A DNA stretch of 64,000 nt from Candidatus Nezhaarchaeales archaeon (GTDB lineage: Archaea > Thermoproteota > Methanomethylicia > Nezhaarchaeales > JAWCJE01), in NCBI GenBank assembly GCA_038853715.1, contig JAWCJE010000001.1, positions 117,963-181,962 on the forward strand, written 5' to 3'. Made by a program: the position numbers and the translations under genes. Below, piece by piece: positions 19,422 through 29,130 of this stretch. Each line of letters opens with the position of its first letter. Position 1 is the stretch's first letter. The notes under the pieces were generated by a model. That model worked only from the letters and a program-made list of their open reading frames with translations. It had not been told where the DNA came from and searched no databases.

Positions 19422-21487
19422 GCGAATAGTAATACGATGAACATTAAGCCTGCGAAGGCGTAGAGGAGGTACGTAGCTAGATCGCCTAGGTGAATCGCCC
19501 TAACCCCCCTCGAAGCCTTTAGGAGGCTAGCCCCAAACCCATGGACTGATCGATTTATAAGCTTAAGCTCGAAACCCTTAAACGCGGCCCCCATACTCTT
19601 AGCGGTAAATGGGACCGCTAAGTAGTGGGACCTATCAATTACGCCTAACTCAACAATGTTGAAGAAGGCCTTAGTAAGCCTTAAGAAGCCGTAGACGAAG
19701 ACCTTGTAGTAAAACCTATTAATATACCACCTATTGAGTAGGAAGGACCTAATGGCTGAAAGCGTTGGATACGACTTTAATAGGCGGTCGGTATCCACCT
19801 TGGCTAAAACGTATGTTAAGGTGCCGGTTAAACCTCCAACAGCCAACATGGCGAAGGAGGTAACGGTTACAAGTATGCTCGACGCGGCTTCAACGTGGCT
19901 AGCGGCGTCGTGAACGTGGAGGACGCTGTGAAGAGCTGGTTCAACCCATGGGGCTGAGAGGCCTAAGGCTAAGGTCGCTAAGGCTAATAGGGCGTAGGGG
20001 ATTAGCATAGTGGCGTCCGCCTCTTCAACCTTATGCCCGTGTTTAAGTAGTTGTGAAAGCCATGCGCTTTTAGGGCTTAGGAATATTAATGATAGGTACC
20101 TTAAGCTGTAAAACACGGTTAAAGCCGAAGTTAGGGCGGCTAGGGCGAATAGTTCGACGCGGCCCGATGCTAAGCTTGAAAGTAGTACCGCCTCCTTACT
20201 GTAGAAGCCGCTGAACGGCGGTACTCCGGAGAGCGATAAGGCGGCGAAAAGCGTAAAGGTGAAGGTTAGGGGCATATACCTCCTTAACCCTCCAGCCTCT
20301 AGGATGAACCTTGACTCCGTAGCGTGGATAACGGCGCCGGCCGATAGGAATAAGGCGGCTTTAAATAGGGCGTGGCTAGTAAGGTGGAAGAAGCCCGCGG
20401 TATAACCCGTTAACCAATCTTCAGGTGTTAGGCCGGCGGAGCCTAAGGCTAGGAACATGTAGCCTATCTGGCTAACCGTTGAGTATGCTAAAACCTTCTT
20501 AATCTCGGTGGAGACTAAGGCTTGGGTTGCCGCCATGAAGGCCGTGAAGGCGCCGATGGAGGCGGCCGCGTAGAAGAAGAGGGTTAACTCCTTAAACCCG
20601 TGTATCCATGTAATAGTCCAGAACGTGGGGAGCATCCTAGCTAGTAGGTAGACGCCCGCCTTCACCATGGTTGCCGCGTGGATTAAGGCGCTAACCGATG
20701 TTGGGCCCGCCATAGCGTCGGGGAGCCATTCATGGAGGGGGAACTGAGCTGATTTACCGATCGGCCCCATGAGGAATAATATGGCTACCGGTAGCAGTAA
20801 ACCGGCTTGATGAAGCTTTAAGGCCCACTCCTTGGAGGTTTCGTAGAGCCCCTCATAGCTAACGGTGCCAGCAGCTAAGTAAATGGTTAGAATGGCGGCG
20901 AGGAGGCATACGTCGCCGACCCTAGTCGTTACGAAGGCTTTCATACCTGCGTGTGAAGGCGGGTAGGCTTCGGGCGGTTCACCGACCCAACACCTCCGCC
21001 AATCCTCCTTTAAATCCCGGTACCAGTAGCCTATGAGAGCGTAGCTACAAAGCCCTACGCCCTCCCAGCCAACATAGGTTATTACTAAGTTATCCGACAT
21101 TACGAGTAGGAGCATGCTGCCCACGAAGAGGTTCATGAAGAACCAGTACCTAGTTAGGCTTAGATCGCCGCGCATATAGCTTAAGCTATAAACCATTATT
21201 AATAGCGATATCCAAGACACTACGTTAGCCATTAAAACGCTTAAAGGATCCACTAAGACGCCTACGCTTACACCGTAAATCGGGTTCCATGGGAGTTTAA
21301 GGATGGAATGCTTTAAACCTCCGAGGGCTAGGTCTAAGAGCATGGAGGCTGCCGATAGTGAAGCGCCTAGCGTAAAGAGTGGAGCGGCGTAATCCCTAAG
21401 CTTAACGTTAAGCATGCCGAGTAACGGTGTAAGTAAGGCACCTAGTACTGGGAGCATCCAGGTAAGCCATGGGGCGTAGGGTATCAA
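19406..21487 (-). CDS. mrpA: MrpA/NuoL-like large antiporter subunit with a C-terminal extension.
   Basis: 693 aa NuoL/MrpA-type polytopic protein with a long C-terminal amphipathic region. It overlaps both the upstream and downstream genes, implying translational coupling. Confidence 0.75.
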   Translation of the reverse strand: MIPYAPWLTWMLPVLGALLTPLLGMLNVKLRDYAAPLFTLGASLSAASMLLDLALGGLKHSILKLPWNPIYGVSVGVLVDPLSVLMANVVSWISLLIMVYSLSYMRGDLSLTRYWFFMNLFVGSMLLLVMSDNLVITYVGWEGVGLCSYALIGYWYRDLKEDWRRCWVGEPPEAYPPSHAGMKAFVTTRVGDVCLLAAILTIYLAAGTVSYEGLYETSKEWALKLHQAGLLLPVAILFLMGPIGKSAQFPLHEWLPDAMAGPTSVSALIHAATMVKAGVYLLARMLPTFWTITWIHGFKELTLFFYAAASIGAFTAFMAATQALVSTEIKKVLAYSTVSQIGYMFLALGSAGLTPEDWLTGYTAGFFHLTSHALFKAALFLSAGAVIHATESRFILEAGGLRRYMPLTFTFTLFAALSLSGVPPFSGFYSKEAVLLSSLASGRVELFALAALTSALTVFYSLRYLSLIFLSPKSAWLSQLLKHGHKVEEADATMLIPYALLALATLALGLSAPWVEPALHSVLHVHDAASHVEAASSILVTVTSFAMLAVGGLTGTLTYVLAKVDTDRLLKSYPTLSAIRSFLLNRWYINRFYYKVFVYGFLRLTKAFFNIVELGVIDRSHYLAVPFTAKSMGAAFKGFELKLINRSVHGFGASLLKASRGVRAIHLGDLATYLLYAFAGLMFIVLLFAWRWW

Positions 21488-23019
21488 GGGGTACCACCCA
21501 TTAAGGCGAGTATGGCGTCGGCGGCTAGCTTAAATGGGGGTAGGAATAGATGTGGAAAGACACCTAATAGTGTAACGAAGAGGGCTATTAGCATCATGGG
21601 CACCACCATAACCAGCGGCGACTCCGAAACCATTTCAAAGGGCCTCGGTACCCCTTCATCCGGGATCTCGATCCGCTTAACGTACCTTTCGTAAAGCTCG
21701 TCTAAGCCCCACGCTCTTTCACCGAAGAACATACGTCTCACCGTCCAAAGGTAGTAGGCAGCCGTTAAAGCCGTGGAAGCTAAGCCAAGTAGGCATACGA
21801 GGTGGAAGCCCGCTTCAAAGGTCCCGGTGAAAAGCATTAATTCGCTAGCGAATCCTCCTAGCGGAGGCGTACCGGCTATCGATAAGGCGCCTATTAACGC
21901 TACTGTAGCCGTTATCGGCATCTTCCACGCGAGGCCGCCGAGCTTATCAATATACTTGGTGCCAGCTGAATGTACAAGGGAGCCGGCGCAGTATAGGAGG
22001 GAGCCTTTAGCAACTCCGTGGGTTAACATGTGGTATAAGCCACCTACAACGCCGATGGGTGTTAAGCTGGATATTCCTAGAAGGATGTAGCCCATCTGAT
22101 TAACTGAGCTATAGGCTAAAACCCTCTTAAAGTCCCTTTGGACGAGCGCCATTAAGGCGCCCCAAAACATGGTGATTAAAGCTAAAACCGATAACGCTGG
22201 AGACCAGCCCTTTATAACTGAGGGGAAGAAGGTGAATACGACGCGTATAAGCCCGTAGGCTCCGAGCTTTATCATAACCGCGCTTAATAAGGCATGTATT
22301 GGGACCGGGGCTTCACCGTGGAAGTCGGGCAGCCAGCTATGGAAGGGGAATACCCCCATTTTAACGGCGAAGCCTACGAACATGAGGAAGGCGATAACCC
22401 TCGCCGAAAAAGCGTCAACTCCGTTTAAAAGCCCTCTAGGAGGGTTAAGGTCTAGGGTACCTGTAAGCGAGTAAAACCATAGGATGCCGGCGAGGAGGCA
22501 TAACCCTCCAGCCACCATGTAGAGGATGTACTTAACGCCGATCACCCTAGCTTTACGCGTACCCCAAAGCGAAACGAGGAAGTAGGCGGGTATGTTCATA
22601 GCCTCGAAGAATAAGAAGAACTGTATTAGGTTTGTTGAAAGAGTTACGCCGAGCATACCTACCGCGTAGAATAGGAGTAACGCGTAGTAGAGCTCGATGT
22701 CATGCTTATCCTTCATATATTCGAAGGAGTAAACCGACGATACTAAACAGAGGCTGGCTATTGCAAACGCTAACGGTAGGTTTAACCAGTCTAAGAAGAG
22801 GTCGAAGCCCACGATTAATCCGCCCATCCTAATCCACCCGTAACCTTCGTAGGCGGGTATCCCGCGTAGGACGCTTAATAGCATCATGATGAGTGAAAGG
22901 GATAAGGCGGTGGAGGAGGCGAGGCACGCGTAAAACCTACCAATACGTAGGCCTCTAGCCGTAAGTATCACTATGAGCATAGCTATTAAGAGCGGTAGTA
23001 GAAGCGTTAAAAGCATCAA
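21484..23019 (-). CDS. mrpD: MrpD/NuoM-like antiporter subunit (paralog 2).
   Basis: 511 aa with conserved NuoM-type TM helices. Overlaps its neighbours by 4 nt. Confidence 0.75.
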   Translation of the reverse strand: MMLLTLLLPLLIAMLIVILTARGLRIGRFYACLASSTALSLSLIMMLLSVLRGIPAYEGYGWIRMGGLIVGFDLFLDWLNLPLAFAIASLCLVSSVYSFEYMKDKHDIELYYALLLFYAVGMLGVTLSTNLIQFFLFFEAMNIPAYFLVSLWGTRKARVIGVKYILYMVAGGLCLLAGILWFYSLTGTLDLNPPRGLLNGVDAFSARVIAFLMFVGFAVKMGVFPFHSWLPDFHGEAPVPIHALLSAVMIKLGAYGLIRVVFTFFPSVIKGWSPALSVLALITMFWGALMALVQRDFKRVLAYSSVNQMGYILLGISSLTPIGVVGGLYHMLTHGVAKGSLLYCAGSLVHSAGTKYIDKLGGLAWKMPITATVALIGALSIAGTPPLGGFASELMLFTGTFEAGFHLVCLLGLASTALTAAYYLWTVRRMFFGERAWGLDELYERYVKRIEIPDEGVPRPFEMVSESPLVMVVPMMLIALFVTLLGVFPHLFLPPFKLAADAILALMGGTP

Positions 23020-24461
23020 GGCGTTACAGCCTCCACGACAGGGTATAATACCTCTAGAACGGGGCTTGGAGCTACGCCTAGTATTACTGTTGCTAATCCG
23101 AGTGGAAGCAACGGTATTAACGTCCTCCAGTTTGCCTCCGTAACGTTTTCAAGGCTCCTAATGCTACTCGAGACGAACATCCTATATATGGCCCAGAGGA
23201 AGTAGGGAAAGGTAAGTAGGGCTCCAGCTACTGCTAGTAGCGCGTAGATCCAGCCGCGTTGAAAGCCGCCGCCGAAGAGCATCCATTCCCCTATGAAGCC
23301 CGCGAAGGGAGGTAGGCCTCCGAGGCTTAAAGCAGCTAATAGGAAGAAGGTACTGGTTAAAGGCATTTTAACGGCGACCCCTCGAAGCTCCTCAAGGTCT
23401 TCGCTAAACGCTTTCTCGCCGTAAACACCTGAACACATGAAGAGGAGCCCCTTACAGATCGCGCTATTTAAAGCGTAAAAGATGCTTCCAGCTAAACCAA
23501 GCGTCGTAAGGGTGGAGGCTCCGAACACCACGTAGCCAGCGTGGCTTATGCTTGAATATGAAAGCATACGTCTAAGGTCGCGTTGGGCTAGGGCCATGGC
23601 TGAGCCGTAAACCATACTGACTACGCCTATCAACATGAGCTGCCCAGCGAAGCCTGAAGCTAAAACCCCTAAAACGCCGAAGGGTATCCTAAATATGCCG
23701 TAGGTGGTAGCAACCATCATGACAGAGCTCATAACTACTGTTAACGGTAAAGGGCTGTAGCAGTAGGCATCGGGTAGCCATGCGTGAAGGGGGAAGACGG
23801 CTAACTTGATTAAGAAGCCTATCGTTATTAGTAGCGTAGCCTGAGTAAGTACTACGTCAGTAGCTCCGCTTAGCTTAAGCGTTATGTCAGCCATGCTTAA
23901 CGATCCGAGCCTTAACCCGATCATGATGAAGCCTATTAGGATGAGGATGGAGCCTACGTGGGTGAAGAAGAAGAACTTATACGCCGTTATATGCGCTCTA
24001 CCGGGCGAACCCCAAAAGAGTATAATGAAGAAGCATGGAACAAGCATCAACTCCCAGAAAACGTAGAACTGGAGGAGGTCGACGGCTAGGAGGACGCCGA
24101 TCACGCCGGCGTAAAATAGGGAGAAGCAAAAGTAGTACTCAGGGCTCCTAACGGTAAGAGCGCTGTAAACCATTGAGAGAAGCGTTATCGAAGCCGCGGC
24201 CACTAGGAGGGGTAGGCTTAGACCGTCAAGTAAAAGCCCGAAGCTAACCCCGTACTGAGGTATCCAGCTATACTTAAAGCTTAACGATCCGAGCCTTGAG
24301 AAGTCGACGGCTAATAGAAGTAGCAAGATAAGGGAGGTGGACGGGATGATGGAGAAGAGCTTAACGAATGAGGACTTAAGCCTCTTAGTTAACGCGTAAA
24401 GCGGAAATGGAAGCGCTACGGATGTAGCTAGCAATAGACATAGCCCTAGTATAGCCTCCAC
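23016..24461 (-). CDS. mrpD: MrpD/NuoN-like antiporter subunit (paralog 3); first gene of the operon.
   Basis: 481 aa NuoN/MrpD family protein. An AT-rich TATA-like sequence lies upstream. Confidence 0.75.
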   Translation of the reverse strand: MEAILGLCLLLATSVALPFPLYALTKRLKSSFVKLFSIIPSTSLILLLLLAVDFSRLGSLSFKYSWIPQYGVSFGLLLDGLSLPLLVAAASITLLSMVYSALTVRSPEYYFCFSLFYAGVIGVLLAVDLLQFYVFWELMLVPCFFIILFWGSPGRAHITAYKFFFFTHVGSILILIGFIMIGLRLGSLSMADITLKLSGATDVVLTQATLLITIGFLIKLAVFPLHAWLPDAYCYSPLPLTVVMSSVMMVATTYGIFRIPFGVLGVLASGFAGQLMLIGVVSMVYGSAMALAQRDLRRMLSYSSISHAGYVVFGASTLTTLGLAGSIFYALNSAICKGLLFMCSGVYGEKAFSEDLEELRGVAVKMPLTSTFFLLAALSLGGLPPFAGFIGEWMLFGGGFQRGWIYALLAVAGALLTFPYFLWAIYRMFVSSSIRSLENVTEANWRTLIPLLPLGLATVILGVAPSPVLEVLYPVVEAVTP

Positions 24462-24499
24462 CCGCCGTCAAACCCCTACATGAACTAAGAGAGCGTGGA

Positions 24500-24530
24500 A
24501 AACCGAGTTTAAATAATTTTTTACTGTACG
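24500..24530 (-). promoter_or_regulatory. Putative BRE/TATA promoter for the Mrp operon.
   Basis: Reads 'aaaaaattatttaaa' on the minus strand, about 50 nt upstream of the 24461 ATG, in a 260-bp divergent intergenic region. Confidence 0.3.
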
Positions 24531-24721
24531 TAGGTTTAGACGTTCAATCCCCTCCTACCGGCCGGGATTAATGCGGATAACGTAAAAATAGTAAACACTA
24601 CCTTGAGGAGCTACTAATACGCTTCACGTAGACCTGCTTTATTACAGTATTTCGATGAGGGGTCCTAAAGCTTTATTTTAGGTAGGTTTAAGCATCTTAA
24701 ACGTCGTAGTAAGGTGGTGGG

Positions 24722-25270
24722 GTGTTCGTCATGAACGCCTTTGCCTTAAAGGGTAAGGCTCCATCGTTTGGCGTAGGGGTTTTTGTAGATCCTACCGCTA
24801 GGATTATAGGCGACGTCGAGGTTGGGGATTACGCCGCGGTTTGGTACGGGAGCATCGTGAAGGGTGAGGATGGATTAACTAGGATTGGTGCTAGAAGCGT
24901 GATTATGGAGCAATGCTTAGTGGAGAATTCACAGTTAGGGGAGAAGGTCCTTGTAAGTCATAGGGCCGTGTTGCATAGGTGCGTAGTTGAAAGGGGTGTG
25001 CTTATAGGTATAGGTGCTATAGTACTTGATGGAGCCCGTATAGGCGAAGAAAGTATTGTAGGTGCCGGTAGCTTAATAATGGGTGGGTTTCGAGCGCCCA
25101 GGGGAAGCCTTATTGTAGGTAGTCCGGCGCGGGTTTTAAGGGAGGTAACCGATAAGGATAGGGCGTTCCTTGAAAAGGCCTTTAATGAGGCTTCGCTTAA
25201 ATCGAGGCTTTACGCTGAGGTAATAGGTACTGCTACATTTAGAGGGTATAGTAAATCCGCTGCTGATTAA
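24722..25270 (+). CDS. Gamma-carbonic-anhydrase-family / hexapeptide-repeat (left-handed beta-helix) protein.
   Basis: 182 aa with repeated [LIV]-G-x-x-x-x-I hexapeptides ('IGDVEVGDYAAVWYGSIVKGE...VLIGIGAIVLDGARIGEESIVGAGSLI'), typical of Cam/PaaY/CaiE-type proteins. The real start is possibly the ATG at 24731. Confidence 0.65.
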   Translation: MFVMNAFALKGKAPSFGVGVFVDPTARIIGDVEVGDYAAVWYGSIVKGEDGLTRIGARSVIMEQCLVENSQLGEKVLVSHRAVLHRCVVERGVLIGIGAIVLDGARIGEESIVGAGSLIMGGFRAPRGSLIVGSPARVLREVTDKDRAFLEKAFNEASLKSRLYAEVIGTATFRGYSKSAAD

Positions 25271-25285
25271 GGGTAGGCGTTAACG

Positions 25286-25975
25286 TTGATAGCGGCTTGT
25301 AGAAGTAATATGGTAAAACTCTTATTATCCATATTAAGCGAGGAGGAAGGTGTAGAAGAGGATACGTTAAGGCTTAAGCTGGGGGTTAATGAGTTAGATT
25401 TAAGCTTATTAAGGGAGTTGGCGGAGGAGGGCTTACTAAGCCGTGAGAATGGGTATTGGTGGATGCGTGATAAGTTTGGCTTAGCCCTTAAAGCTTTAAG
25501 GCTGGGCGCTAGTATTGAAGCTGTAGCTCAATCATTTACTTGGCGCGACTTCGAATGGTTCTCCTCTAAGGCTTTTGAGGCTAACGGCTACGAGGTGTTA
25601 AGGAGTGTGAGGTTCAGCTATCAAGGTAGGCGTTACGAAGTGGATGTAGTAGCCGCGAAGAAGCCGTTAGTAGTACTCGTGGATTGTAAGAGTTGGGGTA
25701 TAGTTAGCGGTAAAGCTTCGAGACTGAGAAGTTGTACGCTTAAACATGTTGAACGCGTTAAAGCCTTTAAGGGGTCTTTAAGCGAGTTGAAGCGTAAACC
25801 GAACATGGAAGGGTGGGATAAGGCGTACTTAGTGCCGGTGGTGGTAACGATCTTCGAGGAGGCGGTTAAGGTGCACATGGGCGTACCTATAGTCCCGATA
25901 TTTAAGTTGAATAGCTTCATTAGCGAGCTTGAAACGTACTTGGATACGGTTAACGCCGAGCTTATTACGCTTTAA
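25286..25975 (+). CDS. Restriction-endonuclease-like (PD-(D/E)xK, Mrr/NERD-type) domain protein with an N-terminal wHTH-like region.
   Basis: 'FEWFSSKAFEANGYEV...RRYEVDVVA...VLVDCKSW' fits the D...E-x-K nuclease core. 229 aa. Confidence 0.4.
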   Translation: MIAACRSNMVKLLLSILSEEEGVEEDTLRLKLGVNELDLSLLRELAEEGLLSRENGYWWMRDKFGLALKALRLGASIEAVAQSFTWRDFEWFSSKAFEANGYEVLRSVRFSYQGRRYEVDVVAAKKPLVVLVDCKSWGIVSGKASRLRSCTLKHVERVKAFKGSLSELKRKPNMEGWDKAYLVPVVVTIFEEAVKVHMGVPIVPIFKLNSFISELETYLDTVNAELITL

Positions 25976-26152
25976 AGGCTGGATACGCGCGTCGGGTCCA
26001 TCCATTGCGGGTATTAATCGTTATGGATGTTAAGCTCCTCCTTCAAGATGCTGAAAATTTTAAGGATTCTTATTGTGAGGCCGACTTGGGTTATTACCGT
26101 AATGCTTTATTAAAGCTATCTTTAAGCTAGAGTTTGAGGGGTTGATGTAGGC

Positions 26153-27034
26153 TTGTTTATCGGCGTTATCCACGGGTTAAGTACGCCGGATCATCCTTCA
26201 TCGGAGCTTCTTAAAGCGTTAAGGGATCGGGGTGTTGACGCCGACCTCTTAACGATATCTAAGATTACCGCCCACGTAGGCGCGAAGCGTTCCTTTAGCT
26301 ATAGGGGTAGTCAGCTTAAGCTTGATGGAGCCTTCGTACGCTCCTTAGGCTCCATATTAACCGCGGATCAACTCGTAAGGCGTATTAGCCTCTTAAGCCA
26401 CATGGAAGATGAAGGGGTAACCCTCATGAACCCCTTAGACCCTCTACTTAACTCTAGGGATAAGTATCGGTCCTTATGCATTCTTGAGAGGAGCGGATTA
26501 AGGGTTCCTAAGACCATTATTACTGAGGATCTTAAAGTAGCCTACGAATGGGTGAAAAAGGTTGGACAAGTAGTTATAAAGCCCGAGGTAGGATCGAGGG
26601 GCTATGGAGCCGTGAAGACCGATGACCCCGAGGTTGCCTTTAGGATACTTAAAACCCTGGCCTCCTTTAGGCAGCCGTTATACATTCAGGAGTACGTAGC
26701 GAAGCCGGAGCGCGATATTAGGGCCTTCGTCGTGGGGGATGAGGTAATAGCCGCCATATACAGGGTGGCGAGTCCATCTGAATGGAGGACTAACGTAGCT
26801 CAGGGGGGTAAGGCTAAACCGTTAAAGGTCACCGCTGAGGTCAGCGAGGTAGCGTTAAAGGCTACTTCATGCTTAGGGCTTTGGTACTCCGGCGTTGACA
26901 TAATAGAAGCCGCGGAGGGATACATGGTACTCGAGGTTAACGGATCCCCAGAGTGGGCTGGACTACAGGAGGCTACGGGAGTAAGGCCGGCTCCAATCAT
27001 GGTGGACTTCCTAATATCGAAGCTGAAAAGCTAA
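26153..27034 (+). CDS. RimK/LysX-family ATP-grasp ligase.
   Basis: 293 aa with the ATP-grasp motifs 'VVIKPEVGSRGYGAV' and 'LEVNGSPEWAGL', plus the 'IQEYV' hinge. Confidence 0.75.
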   Translation: MFIGVIHGLSTPDHPSSELLKALRDRGVDADLLTISKITAHVGAKRSFSYRGSQLKLDGAFVRSLGSILTADQLVRRISLLSHMEDEGVTLMNPLDPLLNSRDKYRSLCILERSGLRVPKTIITEDLKVAYEWVKKVGQVVIKPEVGSRGYGAVKTDDPEVAFRILKTLASFRQPLYIQEYVAKPERDIRAFVVGDEVIAAIYRVASPSEWRTNVAQGGKAKPLKVTAEVSEVALKATSCLGLWYSGVDIIEAAEGYMVLEVNGSPEWAGLQEATGVRPAPIMVDFLISKLKS

Positions 27035-27101
27035 ACCGTAACGCCTAAGCGTTTATGAAACGCTTAATTTAACGAAGCCTTAAAAAAACCTCCTTGACCC
27101 G

Positions 27102-27512
27102 GTGAATAGGATGTCCTGCCCCTTATGCGGTTCGTTTAGGCCTGAATACTTATGCATCCGATGTAGGAGGAGTGTTTGCGCTAATTGCTGGGATAAGCAG
27201 TGGCAGCTATGTAAGGAGTGCGCCCAATGGAAGTGGGCGATACTTGAAGATAGGCATAGGCAGCTTAACATACTGGTTCAACACGCTAAGGTCGCTAAGG
27301 AGCTTGTAAGGAAGGGTTGCGATTCATGCGTAATTCTAAGGGAGCTATTCCTCAGCTACCTAAAATGGCTTAAAGAGTTAGAGTTGGAAGCTGAAAGGGA
27401 AAGGTTTAATGAGGTCAAGGAGAGGATACCTCAACTTAGGAGGATGGTAACCGAAGTAACGCTACGCGCTTTGGTTAAGCAGGGTCTAAGTGTTGGTGAG
27501 GCTTGGGAATAG
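27102..27512 (+). CDS. Zinc-ribbon protein (4 x CxxC) with a helical middle and an acidic C-terminus ending ...GEAWE.
   Basis: Cysteine pairs 'CPLCGS...CIRCRR...CANCW...CKEC' at the N-terminus; the C-terminal pentapeptide 'GEAWE' precedes the stop. It lies 68 nt downstream of the ATP-grasp gene on the same strand. Confidence 0.5.
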   Translation: MNRMSCPLCGSFRPEYLCIRCRRSVCANCWDKQWQLCKECAQWKWAILEDRHRQLNILVQHAKVAKELVRKGCDSCVILRELFLSYLKWLKELELEAERERFNEVKERIPQLRRMVTEVTLRALVKQGLSVGEAWE

Positions 27513-27761
27513 GGTTAACGCGAACCTCCTCCGATACGCTTGACTTTTTAGCCTCGAACCAAGACGTTAGGAGTGTATGGCGTCATACGTTAAAGAGGTA
27601 GATAATCCGAAGGCTCCATAGCTGGAACTTCGAGAGGCTGCAGTTCTACATCGAGTACGAGTCTAAGCTAAACAGGTTACCAGGCCGTTGCCTCAGGAAG
27701 CCCTCAATGATCCCTAATAATAAAGATGAGGGGGGAGATCGATAAATCCAGCAACGGTAAG

Positions 27762-28304
27762 CTACTCCCAGAACTTTTTATGCCGCGGCATAGCTATTAG
27801 TTCTACTACTTCGAGCCTCCTATCGATAGGGCCTGTGAACATCTCGCTTGAAGACGAGGCCTTTACAATCACGGCCGTGTCGGCGCCTACATCGGTACCT
27901 CCAACCGATATTACCTGCTCTCCTACCTTTACCAATCCCTTATCAACGGCTATCAACGTGACCTCTACCGCCACCTTAAAGCCCTGCCCTAACGTGTAGT
28001 AAGCGTTCCTAGCTAGGTCTACGCCTTTAACGTGTAGGGGTAGATGGCAACGTTCCACCACTTCAACCCCTAGGCTCTTCAACTCGCCTACTATGGATGG
28101 CTCCATGTCTCTATATGAAACCGCTATTATACTCGCTTTACCCTTAAGGGCTTTAGCGAACTTTAACGCCGTACGTCCGCTAGTGCTCGCTACTATTACC
28201 TTCCTAATCCCCGTTTCATTTATCCTAAGGCTCACGGCTTCAATCACACGGTCAGTGTTAAGGGGGCCGGGTTCATCGAAATAGTAGTCGATCCTAGTGG
28301 ACAA
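27762..28304 (-). CDS. Pyruvate-kinase C-terminal (alpha/beta) domain-like protein.
   Basis: 'VIVASTSGRTALKFAKALKGKASIIAVS' and 'VGEQVISVGGTDVGADTAVIVKAS' parallel the PK C-terminal domain strands. This is a stand-alone 180-aa protein. Confidence 0.45.
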   Translation of the reverse strand: MSTRIDYYFDEPGPLNTDRVIEAVSLRINETGIRKVIVASTSGRTALKFAKALKGKASIIAVSYRDMEPSIVGELKSLGVEVVERCHLPLHVKGVDLARNAYYTLGQGFKVAVEVTLIAVDKGLVKVGEQVISVGGTDVGADTAVIVKASSSSEMFTGPIDRRLEVVELIAMPRHKKFWE

Positions 28305-28500
28305 GTCTAACCCTACGACCCCCAGTTCAAGGGCCTATATAAACCTAGCCTAGACGAGCTATCTTCTACCGCTTCAACGTCAGTTTAACGGCGTTAAAGC
28401 TGTTAGACTTTAGGAGGCCAATACTCATTACCGCTTTAACCGGTACCGCTTTAAGTATGCCTTACAGCTTTAGTTGTAGGACTTCGACGTGGTCTAGCTG

Positions 28501-29130
28501 ATGAGCGTTATCGAAAGCATAGCTTCCAACAGGTTAAAGGCGGGAAGGGGGCCTAAGATCAATATAGGGGTGGATAAAATAGTTTTAGCGTTAATGATTA
28601 TAGACAGGGAGGGGCCTATTGGGCGATATAAGCTTTCAAATGCGTTAAACGTAGGTGAAGGCGTAGTTAAGGCCCTCTTAAAGAGCTTTAAGGAGGGGGG
28701 GCTCGTAAAGGTCGCCGCGGGCCGTGGATGTAGTTTAACTGACAAGGGTCGAAGGGAGCTTGAAGGCTTTCTAAGTAGACGTCGGATAGCTTCGATTAAA
28801 CCGGTCGAAATGAAGGAGCTTTCACTAGGAGGGATTGAAGTAGCCGTACACTTAAGGGGTTTAGCTGGTAAGATTGGTAGCGGCATGGAGCAACGGGATG
28901 AAGCTATTAAGGCTGGGGGGCGGGGCGCTATAACCATAGTGATGCGTGGACGAACCTTAAAGGTGCCCGGGGTCTACGAGGACCTAGCTGAGGCCTATTC
29001 GGATGTAGCTAAAACCTTGCTTGAAAGCTTCGACTTAAACGAGAATGACGTACTAGTGGTATGTTCAGCTGATGACTACTGGAAGGCTAAGAGGGTTACA
29101 CTCGCCGTAGCTTTAAGCTTAACTAGCTGA
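28501..29130 (+). CDS. Hypothetical wHTH-containing protein (archaeal DUF-type putative regulator).
   Basis: N-terminal 'IVLALMIIDREGPIGRYKLSNALNVGEGVVKALLKSFKEGGLV' looks like a winged helix. The C-terminal domain is unknown. Confidence 0.4.
   Translation: MSVIESIASNRLKAGRGPKINIGVDKIVLALMIIDREGPIGRYKLSNALNVGEGVVKALLKSFKEGGLVKVAAGRGCSLTDKGRRELEGFLSRRRIASIKPVEMKELSLGGIEVAVHLRGLAGKIGSGMEQRDEAIKAGGRGAITIVMRGRTLKVPGVYEDLAEAYSDVAKTLLESFDLNENDVLVVCSADDYWKAKRVTLAVALSLTS

Noticed and set aside
15255-24461. Calling the 11-gene cluster a membrane-bound hydrogenase (Mbh).
   Set aside because: The gene order matches Mbh A-H, but no NuoB/NuoD-like ([NiFe] small/large subunit) or ferredoxin-like genes are present in the operon. 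I therefore call it an Mrp-type antiporter module only.
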